A stretch of 64,000 nucleotides of DNA from Piromyces finnis finn (GCA_002104945.1 MCFH01000070.1:171111-235110), one strand, 5' to 3'. Counted from the stretch's first letter, positions 47,401 to 59,300 are shown. Notes: generated by a model from the sequence alone, not told the origin. Numbers and translations are program-made.

Positions 47401-48890
47401 AGAATTTGGAATTTATTATGACTAAGAATAGATTCCTTTTCCTCAATACATTTTAATCTATTCCATTTCAGAATTTTCTTAGGAACGTTAAAGTCATTAG
47501 AAAAATCTTCCATAGGAATAATTTTACCATTAATAAGAAGTGGCTTATGGTCTGATACTGGATAAAAATTATTTATAAATGATCCTGAGTGAATAAGATC
47601 TTTCATCTTCGAATTGATAAGAGCATGGTCAATGTCGGAAGATTGATCACCTCGAGTCCAAGAGATAGTAGACCCTCTAAGCGGAAGAATTTCCCAATCT
47701 CCTAATCCATTAGTTGATAACCAGTTGGATAATTTTACTTTAGACATATTAAAATCACCAACAAGAATCGATGGATGGGATGAATGAGTTTGTAACCACA
47801 AGCGAACTTCTAACTTTGCATGATCAACATAGATGTTGTGATGACTATGAGGCATATAAACATTTCCAATCGAGCATTTGAATCTATTCCAGAGACTAAA
47901 AGTATAAATAGAAATAATATACTTTCCAGAGAAGTTTTCAAGTGAGGCTTGACACGAATTGTGAAAACCTAAATATAAACCTCTCATTCCAGGAACTGAT
48001 TCGTCAGCTTTCTTGAAAAAGTGTCTATAGTTTCGCAAAGTAACACGACAAGGATAATCTGTATTCGATCCAGAACCATTACCAGTTTCTTGGAAACATA
48101 AGAATAATGGTTTGAAAATAGCTGTGAAATAGCTAATACTATCTCTCTTTTCATGATTCCACCCATTGGTGTTCCAACTAAGACAAAAAGAAAAGTTATC
48201 AGGCTTGTTGGATGAGGAAGAATCGTTGCTATTATTATTATTATCAAGGTCATCATTATTAATGGATGATGCATCAGAGGAATAAGTAGAACTATTACTA
48301 GATGGCTGTGAAACTGAAGAACTATCAACTATTGAACTGTTAGCAGAGTTGATAGAGCTATTAGAATTAATTGTTGAATGTTGAGATTGAAATTGTGTTT
48401 GCTGTAGATCTGGAATATTTTCATGATTGGAAACTTGTTGAAGATCTTGTTGAAGATCGGATTGTTGATGAGATTGTTGAACTGATTGTTGAAATGATTG
48501 TTGAATAGAATGTTGATGTTTATTAGAAACTAAAATTTTACGTTTGAGAGTGGAAAAAGTGTATTTGTGATTCCTTCTACTACGAGCTGAAAAGGAAATT
48601 GAGGTAACTGAAAGTTTCTTCTTTAACATGTGTAAGATTTTAATACAATCTTTTGATGAACCATGAACCTTGACTAAGAAAAAGTGATCATTGAAAGTTT
48701 GAAAATATTTAACACTAATAACTGAATTAAATTTATCTTCTAGAATAACCTCGAGTTTTTCCCATAGCATATTTACTGACCATGATCGAATACCACGGAT
48801 AAAGAAGGAGCGAATATCATCTAAGGGGATACCATAAGACCGGGTACCACGTCTGATATAATTCTTATCTTTAATATAAAGGACTGACAT
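44403..48890 (-). CDS. LINE polyprotein, 1495 aa: RRM-like N-terminus, APE endonuclease, reverse transcriptase, CCHC zinc knuckle
   Basis: APE motifs SWNTNG, FQET, GDFN, SDIDH, SDH; RT motifs KASGPDGIP, YRGISL, QFGFR, LDLRKAYDSV, GVRQGCPLSP, FADD, YLG; zinc knuckle CPCC...H..LDC. Confidence 0.95.
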   Translation of the reverse strand: MSVLYIKDKNYIRRGTRSYGIPLDDIRSFFIRGIRSWSVNMLWEKLEVILEDKFNSVISVKYFQTFNDHFFLVKVHGSSKDCIKILHMLKKKLSVTSISFSARSRRNHKYTFSTLKRKILVSNKHQHSIQQSFQQSVQQSHQQSDLQQDLQQVSNHENIPDLQQTQFQSQHSTINSNSSINSANSSIVDSSSVSQPSSNSSTYSSDASSINNDDLDNNNNSNDSSSSNKPDNFSFCLSWNTNGWNHEKRDSISYFTAIFKPLFLCFQETGNGSGSNTDYPCRVTLRNYRHFFKKADESVPGMRGLYLGFHNSCQASLENFSGKYIISIYTFSLWNRFKCSIGNVYMPHSHHNIYVDHAKLEVRLWLQTHSSHPSILVGDFNMSKVKLSNWLSTNGLGDWEILPLRGSTISWTRGDQSSDIDHALINSKMKDLIHSGSFINNFYPVSDHKPLLINGKIIPMEDFSNDFNVPKKILKWNRLKCIEEKESILSHNKFQILSAIFNDPNVSTDELSKEFTSTAFSIADELSITSANNVIKSSFHISQQIFNLQKIKMKLYKRFKKERIYDIDEFIKRIKIYRKLIDYIHKRCNEFRKQEYLHWIKTGCEYMKSHNPKKAWKWIKKTAKIGKDSFFIAQPIKNKNGELVVATEEQLDVWHDHFENLASDPSGVSLDLEHWYEEPTNKRFSLPMLDEWDINQDISIDEVKSAILTTPNYKASGPDGIPIEFYKALVPSSNDSNNATDNNSSGNTTSDNDAHGLNFILKLFNRIWDGDFPNSWNESSIVSIPKKGDLTDCDNYRGISLINNGIKLISKIVTTRISEYGLKNNFIRPEQFGFRKKEESISLFISIQEICRRRQLDNKETYLAFLDLRKAYDSVPIGNILHKLDCLGIRGKSLQFIKNLYLTSKANVKLDGQFSKSFDVKKGVRQGCPLSPILFNLFINDIFKECEDLGVSLGDTRCCGGLFADDIVICAPTRGYLKKMLRRVNERALYNEMEFGIQKCSTMVIRPESIENQNKRDPTFYLAGQPIPTTDCYTYLGVPFDKNLSLKPVIKALNNKVLKGLFSVSKFLRNPNIPIPFKKLVLNSQVISRVSYFAPLLGSNKARSRIAQKHVNKGIRWIAGVHKAVSFISLYSISKDLNIPPLSAKCALAQVRCFNKWKNSNCIISHLVNYIPKFRKYTWCKSSRTLDKKLKKHGDVKAIKNFYWKDLKGNSIKAQYYDDNKFIETKDFIKLCYEYPEFAYGFYWLLKARSGYKLDARVAKAAKFVDPVCPNYCPCCKCGVQSIKHWLLDCPTFRDIRIKHYDSIVQLLNFFSQRNSNSPINNNKNVNISRDSNNSNSNSNNSNNNNSNNYNSSNRNNNISNDNNSEDNNSNLDSNLVNDSNSSNNPVNINVYDYSSVCSKIFKFLLGGRSFNNINYNSREWKELCKRQIQSGTNEGTPFLTVTAELLTKIMPFAIGQQWSMFKRFEATSKSVNAEKTVRQARRASATNGDHNFVP

Positions 48891-49532
48891 GATAATAAAT
48901 TCTAATTAAAAAATATTGAATATAAAATAAATACTAATAAAAATTATAAATATAACGTATATGGAAAAAATCTGTCTCTCTCTCTCTTCTTAAAAGTACT
49001 GGATAGTACAAAAATTGTTACGATGCTTTGTTTAAAGTTTCTTTTTTTTGAATTCTAGTTGTAAATTTTCTTTAAAAATTCTAGTTTTGGTTTGTTGTTA
49101 GTAAATTCGATTCGCTTTTTGACACTAAACTTGTTTGACTTTACTTTTCATTAAATATTTAAATTTGTAAAAATTTGAATCAAGAATGTCGACACCAGAA
49201 AGCTTGTGAATAGTATTTTTACATGATGTAGAGTGAATCAGTCTCTTACAAGAAACAATACAACAATAGCTACATGAATATAAAAGTACAATGCAAATGC
49301 TAAAGTTGACTACATTGGATTCTTACAAGAGAAGAGTAGTACTACATGAATACATGAATAAAAGAAAAAATACAGCAACAAAATGTATTACTCTTCTAAT
49401 TAAATACTATACAAACTTACCTGAAAAATCAAACATTCACTTATTCATCAAATACTTAAATTTGATGAATAAAATGTTTTTTAATCGCACAGTACCATGA
49501 GCTTAGTCCTAATAATTTTCCCTTGAAGACTA

Positions 49533-49779
49533 ACCAAGCATCCATTGCGCAATGCTTGGATTTAATTCTTTCTACTCTCTCAGTACCATGAGCATGAGTA
49601 GACCCCCTTGAGAAATTACATTTATTAAATAAATGAAGGCACATTCCTAAGAGGGCACCAAGCATCCATTGCGCAATACTTGGATTTAATTCTTTCTACT
49701 CTCTCAGTACCATGAGCATGAGTAGACCCCCTTGAGAAACTACATTTATTAAATAAATGAAGGCACGTTCCCAAGAGGG
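49533..49779 (-). repeat. Two tandem 124-bp structured units at the putative LINE 5' end, plus a partial third unit at ~49487-49545
   Basis: 49533-49656 and 49657-49779 differ at only 4 positions; multiple inverted repeats. Confidence 0.9.
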
Positions 49780-50251
49780 AAATCATAGTAAATAGAGACT
49801 ATCAAAATTTTTGAAATATTTCTATTTTTCTGATATAATTATAGAACATTCAAATCTTTTGAAATTAGGGCATAAAGGGTGTAAATGATATAACTATGCA
49901 CGTACTAACAATTCATATTAATCTTTTACTATAAAAAGATATTTTAATATTTCAAGTTTTTTTTTTAGACTTTGGTAATAAGTAATATTTTAAGATTGGA
50001 TATAATATTTTAATAAATATCTTTTCCAAATAATTTTTATTATATATCTTTCTGTTACTTTTATATATTCTAAATTAGTTTATGAATAGCAACATACAAC
50101 ATATATTTATTATTTAATTTTAATTAACAATACAATAAATATTTAATAATTACTTTAAAATAAGAATTTTTCCATAAAATTATATATAAAAAAATATTCA
50201 TCAACACTAAGAAAAAAATAATATACCTAATAACTAATTAAATTTTTTTAA

Positions 50252-52529
50252 AGATAGTATTTTTTTTATTATTCGCCTTGTTGTTATATTAATTTAAAAA
50301 TAAAAGTAATTATGATACATATAAGTGGATTAATGAATAATGATAAAAAAATAATACAAATATATACATGAAAGTAAAGTAATTTATAGATTTTTAAAAA
50401 AAAAAACTAGATATATACTATATAAAATACATTTAATAATAATTTAAATATAAAATAATATAAATAAAATAAAATAAAAATAAAAAAAGATTTATTTTAT
50501 TAAATCTTTTAAGGCATCTTCAATTGGTTGATATCTTTCGGAATTAAGTTGTTCTAAGAGACATTCAAATGGATCGGTCTTATTACTGAGAACCATTTTT
50601 ATGATTGCTGGACTGAATCCACTAACTAATGCTACCCCTAATTCATTTTCTTTAACCGGGATAGTTCCAGTTCGACTATTGATATTCCAAAAAACTAATC
50701 TTGGAATTAAATATCCTTTGCTTTTGAATTTTCTTTTCATTATTGAGAAGAAAGCTTCTCGTTGACTACGTTGATAGCTGCCAAAATCAACCATTGAATC
50801 AAATTCCATATCTGAAAGAATAAGAATGTTAGAAGGAAGTTCTTCTTGAGGTAATTGATTATCAACAGCAAAATCTAAAATCAAATTGAAAACAGCTTCC
50901 AAATTAGTATTACTACAATAACAATGATTATTAATAATTCTTAATTTATCTTTCAAGGTATTTGCACCACTGAGATCAACAAGACTAGGACTTGAACTAA
51001 AAGTAATATATTTGTCTTTATATCTTCCAGAACTTCTTTCAGCAAAGTATACAGCTAATGAGAATGCAACTTGCATACAAGTTACTGATGAGTTTGGAGA
51101 AGCATTGCAGCACATACTACCGGAACTATCAGCAACACAAATAGTGTTTCCATTTCCATTTACATAATCCGGTAATCCTTTCCATAGTTCTTCCAAAGTA
51201 TCATCTACGTTGTTAGATGAACCATACTTATTTACAATGTCATGAGGGAATAAGACTTGAGAATTAATTTTAGTTTCACCCTTTTTCAACTTTTCGAGGA
51301 ATTCTTTTCTTCTTATAGTATCGTTTTTGAGGAAAGCCTTATTATAAATGAGATTTGCTCTTGAAGGAACAGCAGAATAATTGATTTCACTCCATTTCTT
51401 TGCGCTCATTGAAACTTCCACTACCTTTAAGAATGATCTCATTTGAGAAAGCATCTTTCTATATTTCTTATCATTATATTTAAATTCATTAATTAGTAAT
51501 CTTGCCAATTGTCTAGTTGTTTTTGAAGAGGTATTTATGGAAGGCATCCATTTAGCGCAAAGTGAAATAGGTTTGTTTTCACTCATATTCTTTTTATCTT
51601 CTTCGAGTTGATCCTTGATAACTTTGAAAACTTCAGATTTTAATTGACCTTTTAATAAAGCAAATAAATCATCCCAACGACCATATTCAGGAATCAAACT
51701 TAATAAAGCACGAACAATTTCTGGATGATTTTTTTCTAAATAATCTAAACAAATTCTGAAAAGTCTTCTTTCACCAACACCGCTTCTACAATCTCTAGCA
51801 TAAAACAACCATTTAACAGCTAACATATTTTCTTCATTAAAAGCCTTAATATATTTTTCTATGATTTGACTTTCATCCATATTTCTCATGGAAGAGATAG
51901 CAAAATTAATATCCAATAAATCTTTTCCAGAAGTTTTGTAACCAATAGCACCATTTTCGGTGTATGAAAGATTATTATTATCGATAGTAGCGATAGTAGC
52001 CATCATTTTAATTATTTTCAAAAATCAAAATTAAAATCAAAATTAAAATCGAAATATAAATCAAAATCAAAATCAAAATCAAAATAGGATTAACAAAATG
52101 ATTTTTTTTTTTATTTTAAGTTATATTAGAATATAAAATTTATTTGATTTCTTTTTATTTAAAATGAAACCAAAAATTATTTGAATAATTTTAAAATAAT
52201 TAAAACCTTTTTAAAAGTGATAAAAAATATAAGAAAGAATTGTTTTTTTATTGTTTATTTATAATAAAATATAAATAAGCAAATAAACTAATAATTTGAT
52301 GTATTTTAAAATATTTTGAAAGAAATTTTCATTATTTATATACTTTTTTTTTCTTAGCTATAATGTAATAATTATTATAATTAGAAAATGTGTAATATAC
52401 ATTTAAAGTTTTTTTTTTTGATAAAAAATTATAAAATGATCAAGTATAAAATTTTTTTAAAAATTTTTTTGCTTAACCATATAAATGTGGTAAAACCAAA
52501 AAAAAAAAAAAAAAAAATGCATGTACCAC
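50252..52529. repeat. Segmental duplication copy 2 (~2.28 kb), offset ~9.56 kb from copy 1
   Basis: Near-identical to 40685-42962. Confidence 0.92.
50492..52006 (-). CDS. DUF2828-family protein (TROVE-like + vWA), intronless, copy 2
   Basis: Translation is identical to copy 1 in the ORF track. Confidence 0.82.
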   Translation of the reverse strand: MMATIATIDNNNLSYTENGAIGYKTSGKDLLDINFAISSMRNMDESQIIEKYIKAFNEENMLAVKWLFYARDCRSGVGERRLFRICLDYLEKNHPEIVRALLSLIPEYGRWDDLFALLKGQLKSEVFKVIKDQLEEDKKNMSENKPISLCAKWMPSINTSSKTTRQLARLLINEFKYNDKKYRKMLSQMRSFLKVVEVSMSAKKWSEINYSAVPSRANLIYNKAFLKNDTIRRKEFLEKLKKGETKINSQVLFPHDIVNKYGSSNNVDDTLEELWKGLPDYVNGNGNTICVADSSGSMCCNASPNSSVTCMQVAFSLAVYFAERSSGRYKDKYITFSSSPSLVDLSGANTLKDKLRIINNHCYCSNTNLEAVFNLILDFAVDNQLPQEELPSNILILSDMEFDSMVDFGSYQRSQREAFFSIMKRKFKSKGYLIPRLVFWNINSRTGTIPVKENELGVALVSGFSPAIIKMVLSNKTDPFECLLEQLNSERYQPIEDALKDLIK

Positions 52530-52607
52530 ATTTTAAGTTTAGAAATAATTATAAAAATGGTAATTTAATACATAAAAATAAGATATACACGTGTTAAATT
52601 CTTTCTA

Positions 52608-52651
52608 CATAAAATTAACATAAAATTAACATAAAATTAACATAAAATCAA
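52608..52651. repeat. 11-bp tandem repeat (cataaaattaa)x3 + cataaaatcaa
   Basis: Read directly. Confidence 0.85.
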
Positions 52652-52724
52652 CCCATATCATATATACGGCCATGTGACCATATAAAATATAAAATAAAGT
52701 AAATAAAAAATAACTATCTCTAAT

Positions 52725-52910
<186 letters not shown>

Positions 52911-53389
52911 AATATTTTATATAATATGCTTAATAAGATATATTATGTCCAATATTTATATCTTTTTTTCAATTGAAAAATTAAAATTTCATTTTTACAT
53001 CCAATAAAATTCTGAAATAAATGGTCATTTTGAATTTTGAGTTAATATATTCATAGGTCTTGATAAATAAAATATAAAGACCAACAATGCATTTATTTGA
53101 ACCTGTTATATATAATACAATTTATTTTAAATATATTATTTGTATGTTTATGAAAATCAAAAAGTTATATTTATATGTCCAAATTATTAATAAAAAAAGC
53201 AGTCATTTGAAAAATACATAACTATTTAATATTTCTAAACTTTTTTTCTCTTTTCTTATTCTTTTTTATTTATTGATTTATTAGTGAATATAAATGCATT
53301 TAAATAAATAATTTTTTATTATTAAATCAATGAAAATTAAAAGACTATAACATTATAGCATTATATAAAATAAAAAAAAATAATTGAAA

Positions 53390-56300
53390 ATGGATTATGG
53401 CAAATATAGTGACAATAACATATATGACATTATAGATGTAAGCGATAGTGAAGATGATATTTGGGGAGAAAATTCAAGTGAAAGTGAAAACAGCTATTTA
53501 GACGAGCGAACATGCTATAATTCGAGATTCATTAACGGTTATAGTAATAACTCTAACAATTCTGATTTGACATCTCAAAATGGAAGTTCTTCATATTATC
53601 AAGATAATGATCAGATACATAATATTGATAAGGATTATACTAAATCAGTAATCTTGATAATCAATTTTCAAATAATGGTGAAAATCATGTAGAAAAATCA
53701 AGTGGAGACGAAGAAGAAGATATAAGAAAAGAGAAAGAAAAAGATATTCAAAACACAACAATATATTTAGTTATTTCTGGCTCCGAAGATTTGAAATTTA
53801 ATAATTTTAATATTATATCAGAAAAATCAAAAAATAATATTAAAATTTTGAAACAAGATTTGGTACTAATTTCGTCTAAAAATAATAAAATTATGAGAAA
53901 TAAAAGTGAATCGATATTGAAGGTTGATGAATTTAATAATTCTTTTAAAGATAAAAGTATTTTTTTATTTATAGCAAATATTGAATTGGAAAATGATGAA
54001 GATTGGATTAAAATTGAGTTTGACTATAATAAAGAAATATTCCAATCAAAGTCAAGTATAAGTATAAAAAGGTATCAACAAAAATTTGTTTATTCAATGT
54101 CTTATATAGTTATTGATAAAAATAAAGGAATAATAAAAAAAATGTGTAATAAATTTAAGAATAATAATGAATCCAAGAATTTTATAATAAATAAGTATGG
54201 TCTTTCAAATATGCAGAAATTTATTATTTATAAAGAGTATTTGATTAGAGAAAAATTGGATCTTTTAGTTCTATATTTATTGGAAGAAAGTAAAGCTACC
54301 ATTATTGATCAGAAAAAAATAGATTTTGAATATGTATTAATTTATATTGAAACTTTATTATATAATGAATCTCTATTAATAATTTATCAAAAGAAGTAAA
54401 AGAATTATTAAATAATATTTTATCAAGTTTGATAAAAAAAAATGAAATTAGAATAAGAAAAGATATAAATATAAATATAAATCCTTATAAAAAGATTATA
54501 GATAAATTCGATTTATATAATAGTGATGATATTAATCGCGAAAACATACTCTTCTTTTTATTAATATATAATCAAATTTATCATATAAAGAATTTTAATG
54601 ACATTTACGTTAAAATACAAAAGAAGAAAGAAATTTTGAATTTTATTAGAAAGAATAAAAATATATTTTCGAATTTAAAATGTGAAAATTTAAAAATGAT
54701 CTATGAAAAAGCTAATAAAGAAGAAACCTCAATAAATGATGTATTGATCTTAGCTTCTAATAGTAATGAATATATTTCGTTCTTCTGTTCTGTAAAAAAG
54801 GATATTATAAATAAGTGTGTAAAAATAAAATTCGATAAAATACCAGAATTAGATGGTAAAACTAATATTAAATTATTAGAATCGTTTATTAATGAATTAA
54901 TTGAAATGAATGTACAACTGGAAAAGAGTGACTATGATACTATCGAAAGAAAATTTTTAATGCTAATTAATGTATTGAAAACAAAGGAGGAAGATTATAA
55001 TAAATTAAATGAATTAAAAAATATTATATTAAAATATGACGATACGAATATTCCATTATTTAAAAAGATTTTAGAAAAAGTATATAATGCACTTCATGAT
55101 TTAGGAAAATCATTAATTGAAAAACATAAATGGAATAATATAGAAATACTTAATTATTTACAAGAAGATGTTAAAGTATCATATAAAGAACATAAGAGTG
55201 ATCCCAGAATTGCTTCTCTTATAAAATTTATTAATTTAGATGAAATTAATGAAGATTTCTGTAAAAAATTTATTGGCAATATTAATGATCCATATGATTA
55301 TAAAAAACAATTTAATAAAAATTATAATGTTTTTATTTCATCTTTAGTAAAGAATGCTAAAACGTACAATCATTTAACAAAATTATATAAAATTTTTAAT
55401 ATTGAATCAATTCCAAGACAAAGTGAAGATATCATTAAAAATCTAGTAGATATTTTTGGGAAAGATTTGGAAAGAAATGGTATGGAATTCTGTGAGATTG
55501 AAATTATTATATATACTTTATATAAATTAGTTTCTGATAATAGGGATTATTGTGCTAAAAGTATTATAAAAAATACTAAAAATGTTTTAAATGAACGTGA
55601 AGTAAATCATTTATTTTTATTTATTATAGATAACTTTTCAGATGATATAAGTGAAAGCTTATGTGAAAAGTTGATTATAAATATCAATGATATGTCCGAT
55701 AATAAGGTAATAGAAACTTTGAAACAAACTAAATCAGAAAAGATTAAAATAAAAATTATAGAAAAGTTAGAAAGCAAAGTAATTAAAGAGGAAGATGTTT
55801 TTAATGTTGGTTTAACTGATGAATTAGAATTGTTACAAAATATTATTAAATTAAATGATTTACAAAAAGATAATAAGAATTTTATAAATGTTTCTTATAT
55901 TAAGAAAACTAGAGAAGTTGTTAATAATATTATTAAAAAATTGAGAAATTTAGAATTTTGTATGAATCAAATAGAATCAATGTATAATCTCTATGAAAAA
56001 GAAATCGATAAAAATAGGAATTTATTACAAGATAGATTTCAAATATTGTCATTTGGGGATATAGAAAATATAACTACTCTCTATGAAAGAACTGTTAATA
56101 CAATGAATTATTGTATTACTAAGAGTAGAGAAATTGATGAAATTATTAATGTTTTTTCAAATTATTATCCAAATGAAAAACATGATATAATTGATAATTA
56201 TAAAGAATTGAAAAAGCAAATTATTAATAATCCAATTTGTGATTTTCCAGATGATGGAAGATTAGAAATATACAATTTTAAAAATATATATCATGAAGCT

Positions 56301-59300
56301 CATCAAATTACAAAATTCAAAAACTCAAAAATATTTATTATAATTAATGAAATCAAAAAGAAAGAGTTTGAAGGTTATAATGATGAAATTTTCATTTTTG
56401 AAGAAACAAAAAATGAATTTCTAAATTTAAAAGTGTTATTCAATTCAAAAACTGAAAATAAAATAAAATTAGATTTATTAGAAAGTATTATTAAAGATAT
56501 AGAAAAAAGCGAAGTAGAGAAAGAAGTAAATATTTTACTTGATATTCTTGATATAGAGAAAACTCAAGAAAATAGAGTTATTGAAAAACTGTCACTTTTA
56601 AAAAATAAAGATAGTAATATTCGTTATTATGAAAATATTATTTACTTTTGGAAGATTTCAAATTAAATGGTGAAAATTTAAGAGCAATATTTAGAGAAAA
56701 CAAAACTAATTTAGAAAATTATTCATCATTATATGATTTAATAAAAATAAATGATTCCTTGAATTTATTAAATTTAAATATATTGGATTTAAATTCCAAT
56801 GATAGTATAATAGCACTTGAAGTGATGGACAAGATGTATGAAGAACCAAAATTAATGGAATTTATAAAAGATAAACAAATATGTGATGTTCATTCCATGG
56901 GTGAATTTATTGATGATTCTGAAGATAATTATTTAACATATAATGATATTGATCAATTAGAAACTTGTATTGAATTCCAAAAAGAATTAACAAAAAAAAG
57001 TAAAAAAAAAAGTGAAAAAGAGTTTTAGATATATTTATTGATATTATAAAATCCAATTCACATTATCATGATATTGGACTTAAATTTGAGAATTCTAGTG
57101 GAAAGTTTTCTGATTTTAACGAATTATTTACAAATCATTTGAATCCAAATGAATTAAATAAAGCTCATATAAAAAGTATTTATAATGATAGTAAATAGAT
57201 TTAAAAATAATTATCCAGAATATAAATGTGAAGTTTCTTATAAAAATAATGGTAAATATGTTATAAAAAATTATGATGAATTATCAGAATTAAGAACAAT
57301 AGCATTATTAAAAAAGGGCGAGGTTTATGATGAATTTGCAAATATTATTACTAATATACAAGATATATTAAAGCTATTAAAAACTATATCTTCAAAGGGT
57401 TATTTTGAGGATATTGAATACACTATTGATATTAAAAATGGAAATGCTCTTGCTTCAAAATCAAAATATAATGATAAAAATGAAACTTTGACCGAAGTTA
57501 TTAATGAATTAAATTAATTCTTAATCATCAAAAAATATAATTAAAAATAAATATCAGTCAGACTATATTAGTACAATAGTTCATGGTAGACAATTTAGAT
57601 TTATATATGATTATATTAAAAATAATAGAAGAAATAGAAACAATAGTTTATTGAAAATTTTTCAAAATTGAAAATGAAGATAAAAGTAAAAGTATAGATG
57701 ATGAAATTAGAGATAATATTTTAAAATATATTACTGGTAATTTAATTAAGAATTTTGAAACAAACATTCTAATAAATAAAAATAAACTATCATTAAACCA
57801 AATGTTTGATGATGATATTACATATCTAAATAAATTATTTAAAGCTAATAATAAAAGTTATGAAACAATATTTAAAAAAGCCAATGATAAACATGGTGAA
57901 AAAAAAAGGGGTATTTATAGTCATTCATGTTCTTTAAAAAATATAGAAAAAATACAATACATTGTTCATTAAGTTTAACAGGTGGATTTCCTATTGCTCA
58001 AACTGTCATATATTGTTATAATGATACAACTGAAGATGAAATAATATCATTTCTTTATAGATGTATTAAATGCGATCAAAATATTTTATTTATTTTAATT
58101 AAGCCTGAAAATTTAAGTCGTAGAAAGAAAAGCATATTAATCGAATTACTTAAAGAACTTTATTCTAGTGATCCAAAAAAAATGGTTTCGTGCTTACTTT
58201 TTATTTATACAGAAGGAAATAAAACAGATGAAGCTATTATAGAAATTAAAAAATTACCATATCATAAATATTATGATTATAAATTAATGAAAAGAAGGTT
58301 GTTTTCCAATGTAATTGTATATTCTAGTAGTATTTCCGGTTTAGGAAAGTCCACTTTAATTAAAAATGATTTCAAAAATAAAATCCTAAATATACATATG
58401 TTATTTCCCTTTAGGTGATAATATAAATAAGAGGACATTATTAATAGATTATTAAAATATAGTGGTCAAAGAATTGCATTACATATAGATTTATATTACA
58501 GTGAACAATTAGAAGTATTAAGGGAATTTTTGTATGAATTTTTAATATTAAAATGTTATTCTGTTAATGAAAAGAAAATTTATTATAGTAAGTGAAATAG
58601 TAATTAAAGTCGAAATCCCAAATGGTAATATAGATTTAAAGTATTGTTTCCAATATTATCATTTTTCCAGAATATTACACATAACTTCTAAATCTATGCC
58701 ACAATTAATCATTTCTTCAAGAATAGAACAAAATATTCAAATTGTTTGTAATTATTTAAATAATATTAATAATATTAATAAATATGATATATATATTCCA
58801 AATAAAATAACAAAACACCACAAAGTATTAAAATAAAACAGATGAGTAATAAAGAATGCTCCAATATTATTTTTTCATATTTAAGAAAAGAACCAAATTA
58901 TTATCAAGTTCAGTCTTTCATTAATATACTTGCTGAACAATTAATACTTCTTTCTAAATCTTATCATTTTAAATATTGATCAGTTATTTGATTATAATCG
59001 TATTTTTAAACAATCCATATTTATATACTTTTAGAAAATTTTTGTTGATTCATTGACTAAAGTAAATAGAACAATTCATAACATCTACATATAATGATAT
59101 TATTAAAGATCAAGAATTAACCCACAATCAACAAAAAGGAGATATTAAAATTGAAGATGCAAAGGAAAAGGCTGCATTATATTTAACAAACAAAAAAATA
59201 TTTCAATTTGAAAAAATAAGACCAAGCTTAGTGTTAATCAATGAAGACGGTCAATCTGTTTCTATTATAAGACTACTAATAATAACCAAAGAGATGATAA

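Larger units (their letters stand above)
44116..49780 (-). mobile_element. Full-length non-LTR retrotransposon (APE-RT LINE) with poly(A) tail; 5' boundary inferred
   Basis: Poly-T at 44116-44163, 3' UTR and intact ORF. The GC-enriched 5' region continues to ~49780, where background AT-richness resumes. No TSD was found. Confidence 0.85.

Noticed and set aside
49291-49665. Two 69-aa ORFs as a LINE ORF1
   Set aside because: Both are short, one is on the wrong strand, they lack ORF1 motifs, and they overlap the structured repeats.
49533-49779. CRISPR array or canonical hammerhead
   Set aside because: Only two spacerless 124-bp units and no cas genes; CUGAGAG does not fit the CUGANGA core.
44100-49800. 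Target-site duplication for the full-length LINE
   Set aside because: No convincing direct repeat was found, so the 5' boundary remains an estimate from composition.
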